DNA of 64,000 nt from Paraspadella gotoi (taxonomy: Eukaryota > Animalia > Chaetognatha): assembly GCA_051294375.1 (NCBI GenBank), contig CM119268.1, positions 7,588,632 through 7,652,631 of the forward strand, in the 5' to 3' direction. Shown here in pieces: positions 1-12,386 of this stretch; within the stretch, counting starts at the first letter, position 1, and the number at the start of each line of letters is the position of its first letter. Under the pieces are notes generated by a model. The model was not told the DNA's origin. It made no database searches and saw only the letters and a program-made list of their open reading frames with translations. The position numbers and the translations under genes were made by a program.

Positions 1-568
1 GTTTCGCGCGACGTCTTTGATTTGACGCTTTCCCTCGAGGTGGTCGTCGTTAGAGAGTAATCCATAAAAATTGTGATCAACGCGCCGATGAGTACGAAAC
101 TGGCAGGGAGCTTCATTGTCTAATTCGATGATATTTTTTTTTAGTTTATTTTCAGTCAACTCAATTCGCAGATAATATGAATACAATTTTTTTTTATGTG
201 TAACGGAAACCTCTCGTTCGAGACACCTTTTTAATGGATCCGGTTTTGTCTTAGATTAAATTTCAAGTCACGAGTACTTTCCTTTTTCTCTTTTTTGAGA
301 ACATGTTCAATGCTGGCGAAAATGTAAATATCAATTAATAAAAAAAGATAAATTAAATATTATTAAAAAGAATAGACGATGAACTAATTTTCTGCCCCCC
401 TGCCACCGAAAAAAGCCGAGAAAGAGAGACAGAAAATGAAAAAGAAAAGGAAAGAAGAGGAGATTTCTGCTTCAAAAGGATAACACTGAATTCTAAAACT
501 TTGATGAAGTGTTACCAAAAGTAGAAAAAAGCTTATCAAAACTATTTAATAATGAGCTATGGACCTCT

Positions 569-569
569 G

Positions 570-645
<76 letters not shown>
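569..645. repeat. (GA)n microsatellite, representative of many (GA)n/(TC)n tracts (e.g. 1294-1352, 1495-1548, 3213-3324, 10820-10917, 61818-61945)
   Basis: Direct reading. These tracts generate the spurious ERER/LSLS ORFs and flank most N gaps. Confidence 0.95.
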
Positions 646-647
<2 letters not shown>

Positions 648-1289
648 GAAGAATTCGAAGCGCTCTCTCGGATCGCGTAACCTGCTTTCCCAGATTTTCC
701 CCCGAACTCGAATAAACCTGTCCGAGTTTAAGGGTTTAAAAGTCTCTAAATGCAAAAAAAGAACTATTCGAGTCAGAGCGTTTTAACTTTTTTAGAGTCG
801 CGCAAGGTGAGCTCAGAAAGAACTTTGCTGTTTCAAGAAGAACGACTGGTGAAGTTAACGAATTCCGCTCACGATTGAGTTTGTTGTAATAAATATTGTT
901 CCTTTAAATTTAAAATGATAAAAAAAAGGAAGAAAAAAATCTTTATAAAAAAAAAAGATATATTATCTCGTTTTCGGATTTAAGATAAGAGAAAATAAAC
1001 TACAACGGACAAATATTTTTTCCCTCCGAATTATAAATTAAGGCGTGAAGCTTTACAGCGGTTGAGACGGGTGTGTCGAACTCCGCTTGCCAAATCTCTA
1101 CTTTATACATCGAAAAAATAATTTATACATAAAGGGTCTGTCAGTGAGCGCACATCAGTCGGGGTCTTTTGTGAAATTTAAAATACCGTTAACGGAGTCT
1201 GAATAAACCTTAAGAAGTTCAGTCCTATCACGACTCGAAGCAGCAATCCACACCGATATTTCTAATCGCGAGGATTTCGCGAGCTTAGG

Positions 1290-1356
<67 letters not shown>

Positions 1357-1491
1357 CTTCTTCCCTCTCTTTCTCCTCCAACAATAAAACCTGTTGCGCT
1401 GACGCTGGCCCCGTTGGGTGATAATCAACCACATAAATCGGAATTCAAATTTTGTTTCATGGAAGTTAAAAGTTTTTGGGTGAGGGCAGCG

Positions 1492-1548
<57 letters not shown>

Positions 1549-1860
1549 AGCAGACTTACAGTTTTATCAGTTAAAAGAGCGAATCAAATGTTATCGCAAT
1601 AATGTCAAATAGCTAACCGCAAATCGAAAGGTTTTCTTATAACTTCTCTTATCTCCTTTTTGACAATTTTTTGTAGAATAAAACAAGTACATTTAAATTT
1701 TAAGTAATACACTACAAAAAATGATTCATTCTTAAATATAAATTCGCTTCCACAATCATTTTTTATATCTTTTACACCGTGGCGAGAATTCGAGATTTGG
1801 CGAAAAGCTAAAATCAGGACGACCCCGAAATCTTTGATAGTCTAGAGTCATCGAGGGCAC

Positions 1861-1902
<42 letters not shown>
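1861..1902. repeat. (CGA)14 trinucleotide microsatellite
   Basis: Direct reading. A shorter (CGA)n lies at ~9059-9085. Confidence 0.95.
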
Positions 1903-2697
1903 TTGAATGAAGGGCGGCAGTTGTCAATGAACACGAATTAATAGTGAAGCTACACGAGTTTTTCTAGTCGAACTTTTTTGTTTTGCTTTTAATTCTTTTT
2001 TAAAAAAATAATTTTTCTTTCTTTTTTTTTCTTTTGTCGTGGAGACACGACGTGATTCACGCTGAGTCGTCACCGTACGAAGTCGAGGGGCGAAATATTA
2101 TTCAAAAGTTAAGTAGATATTCTGTCGCATTTTCGGTTGAGAGTAATATGTGCACTTGTGCAGTTGTGGAGGAAACGCATTGTGATTTTTGTCTATTCCG
2201 GGATAAAAGGAGAAGAGACGTTCCTTCGTATATATAATTGTATATTGAATAATGCCTTAAATACGAATGAGAAGAGGCATGGTCGTCGTAGCCAAACAGA
2301 GAACTCCCCAATGGCAACGACCGCTTTTTCCATAAATATCAGACGCGAAGAAAAGTTAGGATTTCGACCTCGATGGAAATTGGAGAATATCGAGAGTTAT
2401 GACGAACAGAAAATATTCGAGCGCACTTCGAAAAATTCGCTCCTTTTTTAAACATGGGGCACAAAAAACTATTCTTTTTAAGTTTTAATTTTAAATAATG
2501 TTTTAAGAATTAAAAACTGTGGGGGAGTGAGCGAAGAAAACATCAAGGAAGAAAGAATTCCACCAAGTTAGGAATTCAAAGCAAGAAAGACAAACGACTG
2601 AGTACTCATAGTTCTCGAAAAGATTTTCGTATAATCGTTTAATGTTTCCCCTTTTAGAATAGTTATTGAATTATTACGGCATTTTATGTTCAGATTG

Positions 2698-2763
2698 TTA
2701 AGCAAAAGGAGTTTTTATTGTCAACGATATTATTTTTTGACAATAAAAACTCATTTTGCTTAA
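2698..2763. repeat. Near-perfect inverted repeat/hairpin (27-bp arms, 1 mismatch, 12-nt loop)
   Basis: TTAAGCAAAAGGAGTTTTTATTGTCAA (2698-2724) versus TTGACAATAAAAACTCATTTTGCTTAA (2737-2763). Confidence 0.9.
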
Positions 2764-3231
2764 TCACCAAACACAACGAAAAGAAAGATAAAATAAATAA
2801 AATACGTAATAAACTAAGTAAATTCATTCATATATAACTTTTTGCTGTTTACTGTATATAGCGAATCGTAACCATGTGTTTTTGACCTGTTCGGAAAAGG
2901 TGTTATTATGAAAAAGCTAAAATTTATCTGCCCAATTGATTGAAGTTAAAAAGTTAAAAATATAAAACGCATCGGAAGAAAAGACGCCATTTGTTTTTTT
3001 TGTGACGAAAAGACGAAAGAAAGAGAAATTCTGTGACGTATGACGAAAGACGCGAGACACTAAAGCGTCGCCTATCGCTGCGTTGGAGACTCACTCCGGG
3101 AAATTTTATCGTGGCTCCCTCCCGTCCGACCAAACCGGTTCTTCAAAATAAAGACAGAGAGAGAGAGAGAGAGAGAAAAATATTTTGTTCCTCTCTCAAT
3201 CTCTCCACTTTCCTCTCTCTCTCTCCTCTCT

Positions 3232-3327
<96 letters not shown>

Positions 3328-4230
3328 CTTTCTCTCTCCTCGCCCCTCTGCCGAACGCGAAGGTTGAAAAATGCGAGTCTGGATAAGAATAGCGATAAGA
3401 ATCGAAGTTGTTGACACAAGTATTAAAGCTTTTTAAATATATATATATATAAGTCGGAGAATGAAAAATGTATATATGAAAATGTGTTTACATGCGGATA
3501 TACTTAACATTGTTGGCGGGAAAGAAATAATAAGCCGGGGTGGGTCGTAGATTTATTTAGTATTCCTTTAGGAAAAACAGTTTTTGAAATGTGGCAACGA
3601 ATTTTAATGACAATTAAGTCGGACATGTTTTTCTCAGTATTTCTTATAAATATTCTTTGATCATATCTAACATTTTTTTTATTTGAAGTTAAGTTTCGTA
3701 AAAAAATATTAAATTAGAGTGAAATCAAATTGCTTTCGGGTATGCACAAAAATTAAATTTAAGGATGTGATATAGATATATCTTAAGCGTTTATTTATTT
3801 TTTGGTGAATCAGACTAAATTATTTAAATCGCTGAGCTTGTTAGACTTTTGTCTGTGGCATGACAATTCTTTATCTGGGATCTGCGGCAATTTGATTCTC
3901 AATGAGTTTTTACCTGGCGGCAACGGCAACTGTAATTGGTGGGAAAATATTTTGGGATGTAGCGCGTGTAATTGGTATACAATTTTGAAAAACGAAATTA
4001 CATGATTTGAATTTTTGACAATTGGTAGCTACGTGGGAATTATCAATAGAAACACTAAAGTACCTACAAAGTAGAATCTTGCTACAAAACTTGCTTCGAT
4101 TTCAAAATTCTAATTCACTGATATTCAGTTATTCTGAAATTTAAATTTCTTTCCCATACTAACTCGCGAAATGAATTATCAATTTACATTAATAGTGAAC
4201 TCGCAGCCGAAGAAACAAACAGAGATCCTC

Positions 4231-4236
4231 TTTATT
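4231..4236 (-). promoter_or_regulatory. Candidate polyadenylation signal (AATAAA) of the coiled-like gene
   Basis: TTTATT on the plus strand, ~340 nt downstream of the stop codon. Confidence 0.4.
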
Positions 4237-4576
4237 CCCATGTAAAATTTATCAACAGAATTTACACATTTTTACATGTACGTCGTATGTACATAAAAAT
4301 ACATAATAAATTTACAAATACGTACGCCATTCGGAATTAGATTCATGAGGGAAGTACGAGATTTTCGTCTTACCATTAGTAGAGTTCTATCTCTTACTCG
4401 GGACATTGGGTTAAAGATGGAGATAATTTCTGGGGAATTTGCGTCGGTTTAAAACATTTATATTTAACAAATATTAACACGATAGGAATAAGCTCTCGCC
4501 ATCTTTTGTTTTTAAACGATTAGAATGTCAAGTAATGTCATTTATCTATAAACCTCTACAACCGCCCCACAACCTA

Positions 4577-5382
4577 TCATCGCCTCCTTTTCTTCCACTC
4601 CCCACCACCCGCAACCTCCCACGCCCCTTCCCCGCCGAACCACACGACCACCGTCGCCGCCGCCACTCCCCACAACGCCAACGTGGAGGGCGTCAACCCT
4701 GACGCCCCAAGGGTCACGTAGAAGTTACACATGTCGCCCCTGCAACAGTCGATGCACTCCCAATCTTCGTACCACTCCCGGGTGCAGTTGAGAGTGTTCG
4801 TGGTCCGCTGGCGAAGGCACTCCGTGTAGTTCATGCATTCCTTGTAGATGTAGTGTCGCCGATCGCCGGTGAAGCCGCCCCGCGTCCATTCCGGCGGCAC
4901 TGTCCACATCACTTTGGTGCGGCAAGAGTCTTGGGGGAGAAACGAATAGAGGGGAAGGACGAAGGGGAGATTGGGTTTGGGGGGGGTGGTAAATGGCGAG
5001 TTAGAATCAGGAAGATTGCGAAGCACAACGGGAAAAGAGAAACGAAGAGGAAGAAGAAGAAATCGCGGGAGGAAAGATTGAGGAAAAAGATTAAAACGTT
5101 AGAAAATGTATTAAAAAATAGTTGAACAATTCGGAACTAAAGAAAAGAGAAAAGGCAGACGTTATGAATGTTAAAGGATAAAAATTCTCCATAGAATGCG
5201 TTATTCAGTTTCGTTTGTTTAAATCCCTTACCCTGATACTGGGTACACTGCCGGGTCGTTTTGATGCATTTGTCTTTGTTGCTTTCTTGATTTTCGCAGA
5301 CGTAACATTCGTGGGTGAGGCAGAGTGATATCAAACACGACAAAATCACAATGAGAAAGACGTATTTCGTGAGAGAAGGCAT
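4577..5382 (-). CDS. cold: Ly6/uPAR (three-finger) family membrane protein, coiled-like; 2 coding exons (5382-5232 and 4929-4577), 167 aa
   Basis: ATG at 5382 and a signal peptide MPSLTKYVFLIVILSCLISLCLT. A phase-1 GT-AG intron spans 5231-4930 (donor CAGG|GTAAGG, acceptor pyrimidine tract ...CCCCAAG|AC) and joins ...CTQYQ-DSCRT. The domain has 12 Cys: ECYVCENQESNKDKCIKT...WYEDWECIDCCRGDMCN. The motifs ECYVCxNQxxNxxKC and WYEDWxCxxCCxGDxCN match my recollection of Drosophila Coiled. A hydrophobic C-terminal segment follows; stop TGA at 4579-4577. Confidence 0.9.
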
Positions 5383-5540
5383 CGTTTCTATTTTAATAAC
5401 TAAAATTTTGGGTGGAGTTTAACGTTATTTTGACCATGGAATCGTTAGAAAATGGACGACAAAGGTAAGTTCTCCGTATGTCATTGGAATCAGTGTATTT
5501 TACTCGTCTCTTAGTCGCTCCTTCAGGTGGGGTCTCACAC

Positions 5541-5833
5541 CTGATCAAAGGATATTTTTTATGCTATGACTGAGACTTTTAAAAGTAGTTTTAAAAAAAT
5601 TCGTGATTCTCACGATATTTTATCCACTGGTAGGAAAAGTAATAAAGAGGGTAAAGAATATCTATGAAAAAATTGAACAATTTTCGCTGCTTTGTTAAGT
5701 TTTGAAACCGTAGTGGAAGCCTTACTCATTCCCAAAACAGGTTTCTTGAGTAAGAGAAAAGGGATCGAGGATGAGGAATAAAGCATTAGAAACCTTTAGA
5801 ATAAGGAAGAGGAAGATTTAGAAGGAAACTTAC
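5541..5833 (-). other. Probable 5'UTR intron of the coiled-like gene
   Basis: Perfect minus-strand donor CAG|GTAAGT at 5833 and acceptor ...CCTTTGATCAG| at 5541. Its 293 nt length is close to that of the 302-nt coding intron. Confidence 0.5.
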
Positions 5834-7436
5834 CTGTTTTTTTTTCTTCAAGAAAACAAGGAGGCGACATAGCTCGAATGTGTTAGATTAAAAAAAGTAA
5901 TTAATATTTGGTAATTAGCTTCTTACTTTTGTTAAGTGAAATATGTATTCGCTATTTACTAAAAATTAGTATAATTTTATTTTATTTTATTCAAGCTCGC
6001 ATTCTATAGGCGCGAACATTAGAATAGAAACAAAATTTTTTATTGAGTAGATCCTGACACCCGGCGGGAGTTTGTTGCATTTTTCAACAAAATAGCAAGA
6101 TTTCACTAATTCTTCGAGAGTGAAAATGATAACCGACGCATGTTGAAAGATTTAAACGTTGCCAATAAATCTCAAGGCCATAAACTGTCCAGGTGCAAGA
6201 TTTAAAGTTCCGATCGCTTCTGTTTTCTCTGACCGAGGGGGTTGAAATCGGCCATCAATGTCTGGACTTCCGTTTGATCGCCTCTCAATCATCAACGCTC
6301 GACACAGAGTCGTAACTCTTGTGCTTTGTTGTTGTTGTTGTTGTAAAAGAAACGTTTGTCGTCTAAAGGAAGATATTGTGCCAAACGAAAAACTTCAAAT
6401 CCAATAATTCGTATTCAATATTGAATATTCAACGTTATTCAGATAAGATACCTTTACGTACCTTGAACCACTAACCTCTCGATTAATAAAAAGCTCTCGG
6501 TCTAAAACCGCCACCGTCGATCGAGAACTTGAAGCTGACTTTCGATGTTTTTTTCCGAATTCCGAGCATTCTTTTCTCCCTGGACATTGAAAGGTCAGCC
6601 GTACACTCGGACGGACACGGGATGAATGGACTGGAGAATGGACAGTCTTCTGATAGTCGGAGACTGGATGTACGGATGTACGGATGTCTCATGAATGACG
6701 GGAAAGGATGTTCGAGGACGAAAAGATTATTTAAGATATTCATAAGTCATTTAATTTGATTTTTAGGCCACCTGTTTCGATAGAGATTAAATATTTGTTC
6801 GGAATCGCCATTGATTTGTGACTTGGCATGGTGATTGTTAGCAATTGTTTTTATTTCGGTAAACAATAGAATCTCAGAAACAGTTTATTATTAAACAATT
6901 AAAAGGCAAATTGTCAGTCGAGATTATTTTTTTTTTGGCTCACAGGACCTCGGGCTTACGATGCGTTCGGAATTTAAACATAAAGCTAATTTGAATATCG
7001 CATAACTTGAAGCTAAGAGAGTTCGTCAAGAACATTGACAGTCGTCCAGTTTATTTACTGGCATCGAGTATGTTTACTGATGTCAAGCATGTTTACAATC
7101 GCGGAGTAAAAGAGAGGGTAAACAATGGTTCAACTATCTTTATTCAAGAAACAACTAGCTCATTTATTTATTAGGATATCAAAATGTCCTCAGTATGAAT
7201 CATAAAAAATATGTTTTAAAGGAGTTTAACCAAAATTCATTCCAGTTCCAAATTAATATTCCCTGTAGAGGTCCTCAACTAGTTTCATGACTTTTGTTTT
7301 AAAGTTAACCGAGCAAACGAAAAAAAAAGAAAAAGAAAAAAAAAGGTTAAATATCGAGAAAAACAGAAAAAAAAACACGAGCGAAAACTATGTATTCCGA
7401 GAAAAGCCCGGGGCCTCGTCTCGCAATACTGTTAAA

Positions 7437-7489
7437 TCGACGCGGCCCGGATCGAGCATGGAGAAGCGATGCGATCGGGGCCGCGTTGA
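7437..7489. other. GC-rich pre-miRNA-sized hairpin
   Basis: TCGACGCGGCCCGGATCGAGCAT pairs with ATGCGATCGGGGCCGCGTTGA: about 20 pairs, including one G-U, plus one mismatch and a 2-nt bulge, around a 9-nt loop. Confidence 0.5.
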
Positions 7490-8173
7490 CGAACGCCGCT
7501 CGTCCTTAAAACAAGCTACGCAGAGGACGGGGAAGGAGGAGTCCGAGGAAAGAGGATGAGGATGCCAAAGGAGGAGGAGGAGGAGGAGGAACGAAATCCA
7601 CACACGCTTCTACACTCTTAGTATGGCGGAAGCAGAGGCACGAACGTTCCGTGGAAAGCTTTAGTTTTTTTTCTCTCCCTCTCTCTCTTCCGTTCCTGAC
7701 TCTCTCTCTCTCTCTCTCCATCTCTTTTTTTTACTCCCGTTTCGCTCTCTCGCTCGCTCGAGTCGAGTTTTAAAAAAAAATTTCTCCCTTCCAGGTCGTA
7801 ATTTTTTTTTTTATTCATGGCGCCAAAATTAAGAAAGAAAAAAAAAATAAATAAAAGAAAAAAAGTTTTCCCTTTGTTGTTGGATTAACGCGCCTCCGAT
7901 TATTTTCTTCGTTGACCTCGAAACATGAAAATTTTCTATCGTAATTTTTTTTTCGATAAAGAAATTATTTTTTTCCCCAGCTCCATCAAAACTCTTTCCA
8001 TGTTTTTCGCTCTCGAATCCTCGGGAAGAAAAAAGCTCTTTTTCTCCGTCTCTCTCAAAATCTCCCATCTTTCTCTCTCTCTCTCGCTCTCTCTCGCTCG
8101 CTCGCTCTCTCTGCTCGCGCGTTCTCCCGGAAGCTATGCATCCCTCCATCATCCCAGCCGTGCCTGGGAGGAT

Positions 8174-8205
<32 letters not shown>

Positions 8206-11200
8206 CGCGGTGGGCAAGGTGGGTGTCGAATTCGGGGAAAAGAGAAAGGAGAGAGAGAGAGAGGAGGGGGGAGGAGGAGAGAGGCGAGAATGTGAGAGAA
8301 AGAGGAAGAGGAGGAGGAGGAGGAAGGGAGGTGTTGCCCCGGTGTTCTCACCATCAGAACACATCTCGCTGCGGAGATGAAATTAGGAGGATGAAGAGGA
8401 GGTGGGGGGGGACGATGATGATGATGACGATCATAATGACGATGATGTGGAGGGTAAAAAGCAAAGATGAGGTTTTTATCCTACGAAAAACTGCCTTGCG
8501 CCCGTTATGTCTATGAAGTTTAGCTTGGGGTTTTTTAATTTTTTTTTCTTCTATTTTCTTAACTTTTGTTTAATTCATTTGCTTCATCTTTCTTTAGTTC
8601 TTTTTTGGTCGTTTTTTTTTCTTTCTTTCTTTCTTTCTTTCTTTCATTTTTTCTTTCTTTTCTTTTTTGTTCTTTCTTTCCTTTTCTTTCCTTTTCGTTT
8701 CGCTTGTATAGCTTCCTTCTTATATGTCGAGTGCTTTCTTTCCGATTTGCTGTCTCTTTCTTTCGTCCTTCTTTCTTGTGTCTGTCTTTTTGTCTTTTGT
8801 CTCTCTTTCTTCACCTATTCTGTCTTAATGTTCTTTTGTCACTTTTTACTTTTCCTCCTTGTCCCGTCTTCTTCCTTTCTTTCTTTTATGATTCCTTTCT
8901 TTTCTTTGCTTTTTTTTTCTCGGAACGATCTTTGACTCTCGGTGGTAAAAAAACTTGCGCGGTTCGCCCCCCCCTCCCAAACAAAAAAAAATGAAATCAT
9001 CATCGCCTTGATTTGTGAAGACGAGTCGAATTTTTGAGTAATACGCCTTAGGGGCTGCCGACGACGACGACGACGACGACGACGACTAAGGAGAACAATC
9101 ACTTCATCTTTTCATCTTTGCCGCTGAGAGATATTTTCGCGTCATCTTTTTTACTTTTCTCTTTTTCCTCTGGATTTCGTGGGAAACCGAATTTCATAAT
9201 TTTTTTAAAATCGTTGATTTTTTTATTTTTTTTTATTTTCTCGCATTCGATCGTAATATTTAATGTAATTCTTAAAAGTTGTCAAGCAAAGAATTTAATA
9301 GAAAAAACGAGAAAAGAATCGACGATTCGGATAAGAGAATTAAAAAACTATTTTTGAATTAAATTTAAAACAATCTTTTGGTAGCTGTGACTCAAAATTA
9401 ATGCTCACTCCGAAAAGTCAAATGATTGAATTAAGAATCTAAAGTCGACTCTTGTCCTTCGGGACAAAGTCGATGCTTGCTTGATACAAACATTTGACGT
9501 AAGCTTTTTAACAAAAAACAAATGCGGTGTTCTTTAAGCACAAAGAAAGCGAAACATAAAAAACAAAAAAAAAATAATTTGTATTTTCAAAAAAAAAAGA
9601 AAATCAATACTAGGACAGACTGCGTGACGAAGCGATAAGCGTGAGGGCGATTTGAAATTCCCCCTTCCTCTCGTTCGCATTTGTGGTTTCAGTTTTCTGG
9701 TTGTTGTAGGAGCGGTTCTTATTGTTGTTGTTGTCAACGTCGTTGTTACTGTTGTTGTGGTTACTGTTGTTGTTGTAGTTTTCGGCGAAACCGTATTTCC
9801 AAAGCAGCGAAGGACAATCGAAACCAGGAATTGATCGGGGCCGCGGGGGGGGGGGAGGGTAATTGGGGGCATCGAGAGACCAAAGGACCGGGGATTACGG
9901 AATGCCTTGCCTTGACTTGTCTTGGCCCGACCCCCGTTTTCTTTTTCGCTGGGGTTGGAGGGAAAGTAAGGGGTGGTAAGGGCAGGGCGGTAGGGTGGTA
10001 GGGCAGGGGCGGGGGAGGAGACGGAAAGGGCGTAAAACGTTCTGGCTTTCTTCAATTTCCCTCCCCCTCCCTTTTAGATTCCCGCGGGGGCGGCTTCGTA
10101 CCTTCTGCCTTCTCCGTTTATATCGTGACTGCCTGTACCCTAAACTCCTGTACAGTGTAGACTCGAATCCTCGAAGGGGATAGAAGTTTAGGGGGGTCGA
10201 AGGGGTCGAAGGGGGTCTAAGGGGGTATAAGAGGCGGAGGGAGGGGGAGGAAGTTGAAGACTCACCCCAGGATTACTTACTTTTTTTTTATCTCATGGTC
10301 TATAGTATAATTATTAATAGAAACGAGCGAAAAAAAAGATGTTTAATTTAAAACGCGTTTCAAATAATGTTTTTATTCAATAATCTGTTTATATTTTTAT
10401 TCGCCTTTTCTCTTCCTTTTCCGTACTTGGTCGAAAAAATAAAAAAGTTAAAAACCATTGTCATTGGAGTGAACACTCCCATGCATCGCATCTACAAATA
10501 AATATCAATTAAACTTTAAACAATACAAATACTCGATTTCGAAAGCGTACCCAGTACCCACTTTCAGGCCCAACCAAATCGAGGTATCCCCCCCACGCAA
10601 AACCCGACCCTCCCTCCCACAACTTTTGTGTACCTAATTTCCGTTACCGTCGCGTCCAAAAAATTCCCTCAAGGGAAAACGTCTTTCCTTCATCGTTAAA
10701 ATATCTCAACTTTATTTTTTTTCCCCGAATTCTTCTATTCCTACGATAACTTGATGCATGTTTTCTTTTCGGGCGATGTTTTTTCGTTTGTTTTCCCTTG
10801 ACTTTTTCGCCTCTCTTCTCCTCTCTCTCTCTCATCTCTCTCTCTGCTCTCTCTCTCTCTCTCTCGTCTCTCTCTCTCTCTCTCGTCTCTCTCTCATCTC
10901 TCTCTCTCTCTCTCTCCGATTCCGTTATATTTATTCAACACTGGTGGCAGAAAACCCGTGAGTGAATTACATGAAAGGTCTTTGCCGAGGGGAGAAAGCC
11001 GTCATCATCAATCGGTCATTGTTATCTAGTCTTTATCATCATCAATCATGTCATCATCATCGTCATTATCATCATCATCATTATCTGTGGGATGATGGTG
11101 AATGGACGAAATATTCTCGAATCATCTGTTCATTACTCTTCTTCATTTCGTATTTTAATAAAATTGTTTCGTGGCAGCGTCTCTCTCTCTCTCGCCTCTC

Positions 11201-12386
11201 CGCTCTCTCCGACTCTCTCTCTCTCTCTCGTCTCTCTCTCTCTCTCTCCTCACCTACACTAATTTTTTTCATTCATAATTTTTTACAGATTTTTTTGTAA
11301 CCGATTTTTCTCACGCCTTTCGCTCTGAACAGCTCGCGATATTTTTCCTTGCTATGTTGATATAATTCGGTCGGCAAGCTTTTCAAAAATCATCAGATGA
11401 ATATGTACGGTCTCTCTCTCGTCTCTCTCCCGCTACGTCGCTCTCTCATCCTCTCTCCTCCTCTCTGCCATCCTCTTTCTCTCTCCTCTCTCTCTCACTC
11501 TCATCTCTTCTCTCTCTCATGCTCTCTCCTTCGTAACTTGATTGTAGTGTAGATAATTACATGATTTATTTTAACAGGTTTTTAAACTTATGCCTTTTAA
11601 TTCGGATGATACTACACGAAACATAGCGAGAAAAATCTCGCTTACAAAATTCATCGTTATTTAAATCCGTTTAAACCATTTTTTAATATCAACGTCGGCT
11701 AAGAACATTAATTGAAATTTAAAGGAAATAAAATTTAAAAACGAAAAAGAAAAAGAAAAAAAAACTTTTCCGCGACATAAACGTTTGGAGTCTGCACAGG
11801 ATAAAACAAACCTTTGGGCGTTATCCCTTTAAGTAGCATTTAGACAGTCAATATTTTCCTATCTTGTTCGGCCCCTTTGTTTTTGCATATCTTTACGCAT
11901 CTATTATCTCTCTCTCTCTNNNNNNNNNNGATGAGACAACATTTATCTAAAACAATAAACACAAACAGAATAAAAACTTTTAATAAATATTTTAACAAAA
12001 ACCGATCGGACCCATCCACGTCGATCCCAGAGAAATAAAAACAAACAAAAAACCGAACTGAAAAAAAAAGAAAGAAAGAAAAAAACGCGTTCTCTCTTCA
12101 GTTTCGAAAATATTTTCAATCCCGAAAAACAATAAATATCCTGAATCTAAGCACTGTTGATGTTTTTTTTTCACGATCCGTCTATTTCGCGAATCCGTTC
12201 GTCGATCCGTACATCTTTCCAGAAGACGCGTACGTATCGTTGGACTCGGGATGAAGGGAATATCGGAGATTAGTCAACCACCAAAGCGAAGTATAAAGTC
12301 ATAAAAAGAAAACAACAAAAAAACAACAAAAAAACAAAATAACATCCGACTTCTTCGATGACCGAATAAAAGAAGATCGACCGACG

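Noticed and set aside
509-9357. ERER/LSLS/FFLS-rich ORFs here and throughout the window, and ORFs running through N gaps
   Set aside because: They are products of (GA)n, (GAAA)n and T-rich tracts or of N runs lacking stops.
9534-10055. 173-aa Pro/Thr-rich minus-strand ORF (and an Asn-rich alternative frame)
   Set aside because: No ATG start, low complexity from (GTT)n and G-runs, no recognisable domain, and the alternative frame is interrupted by a stop.
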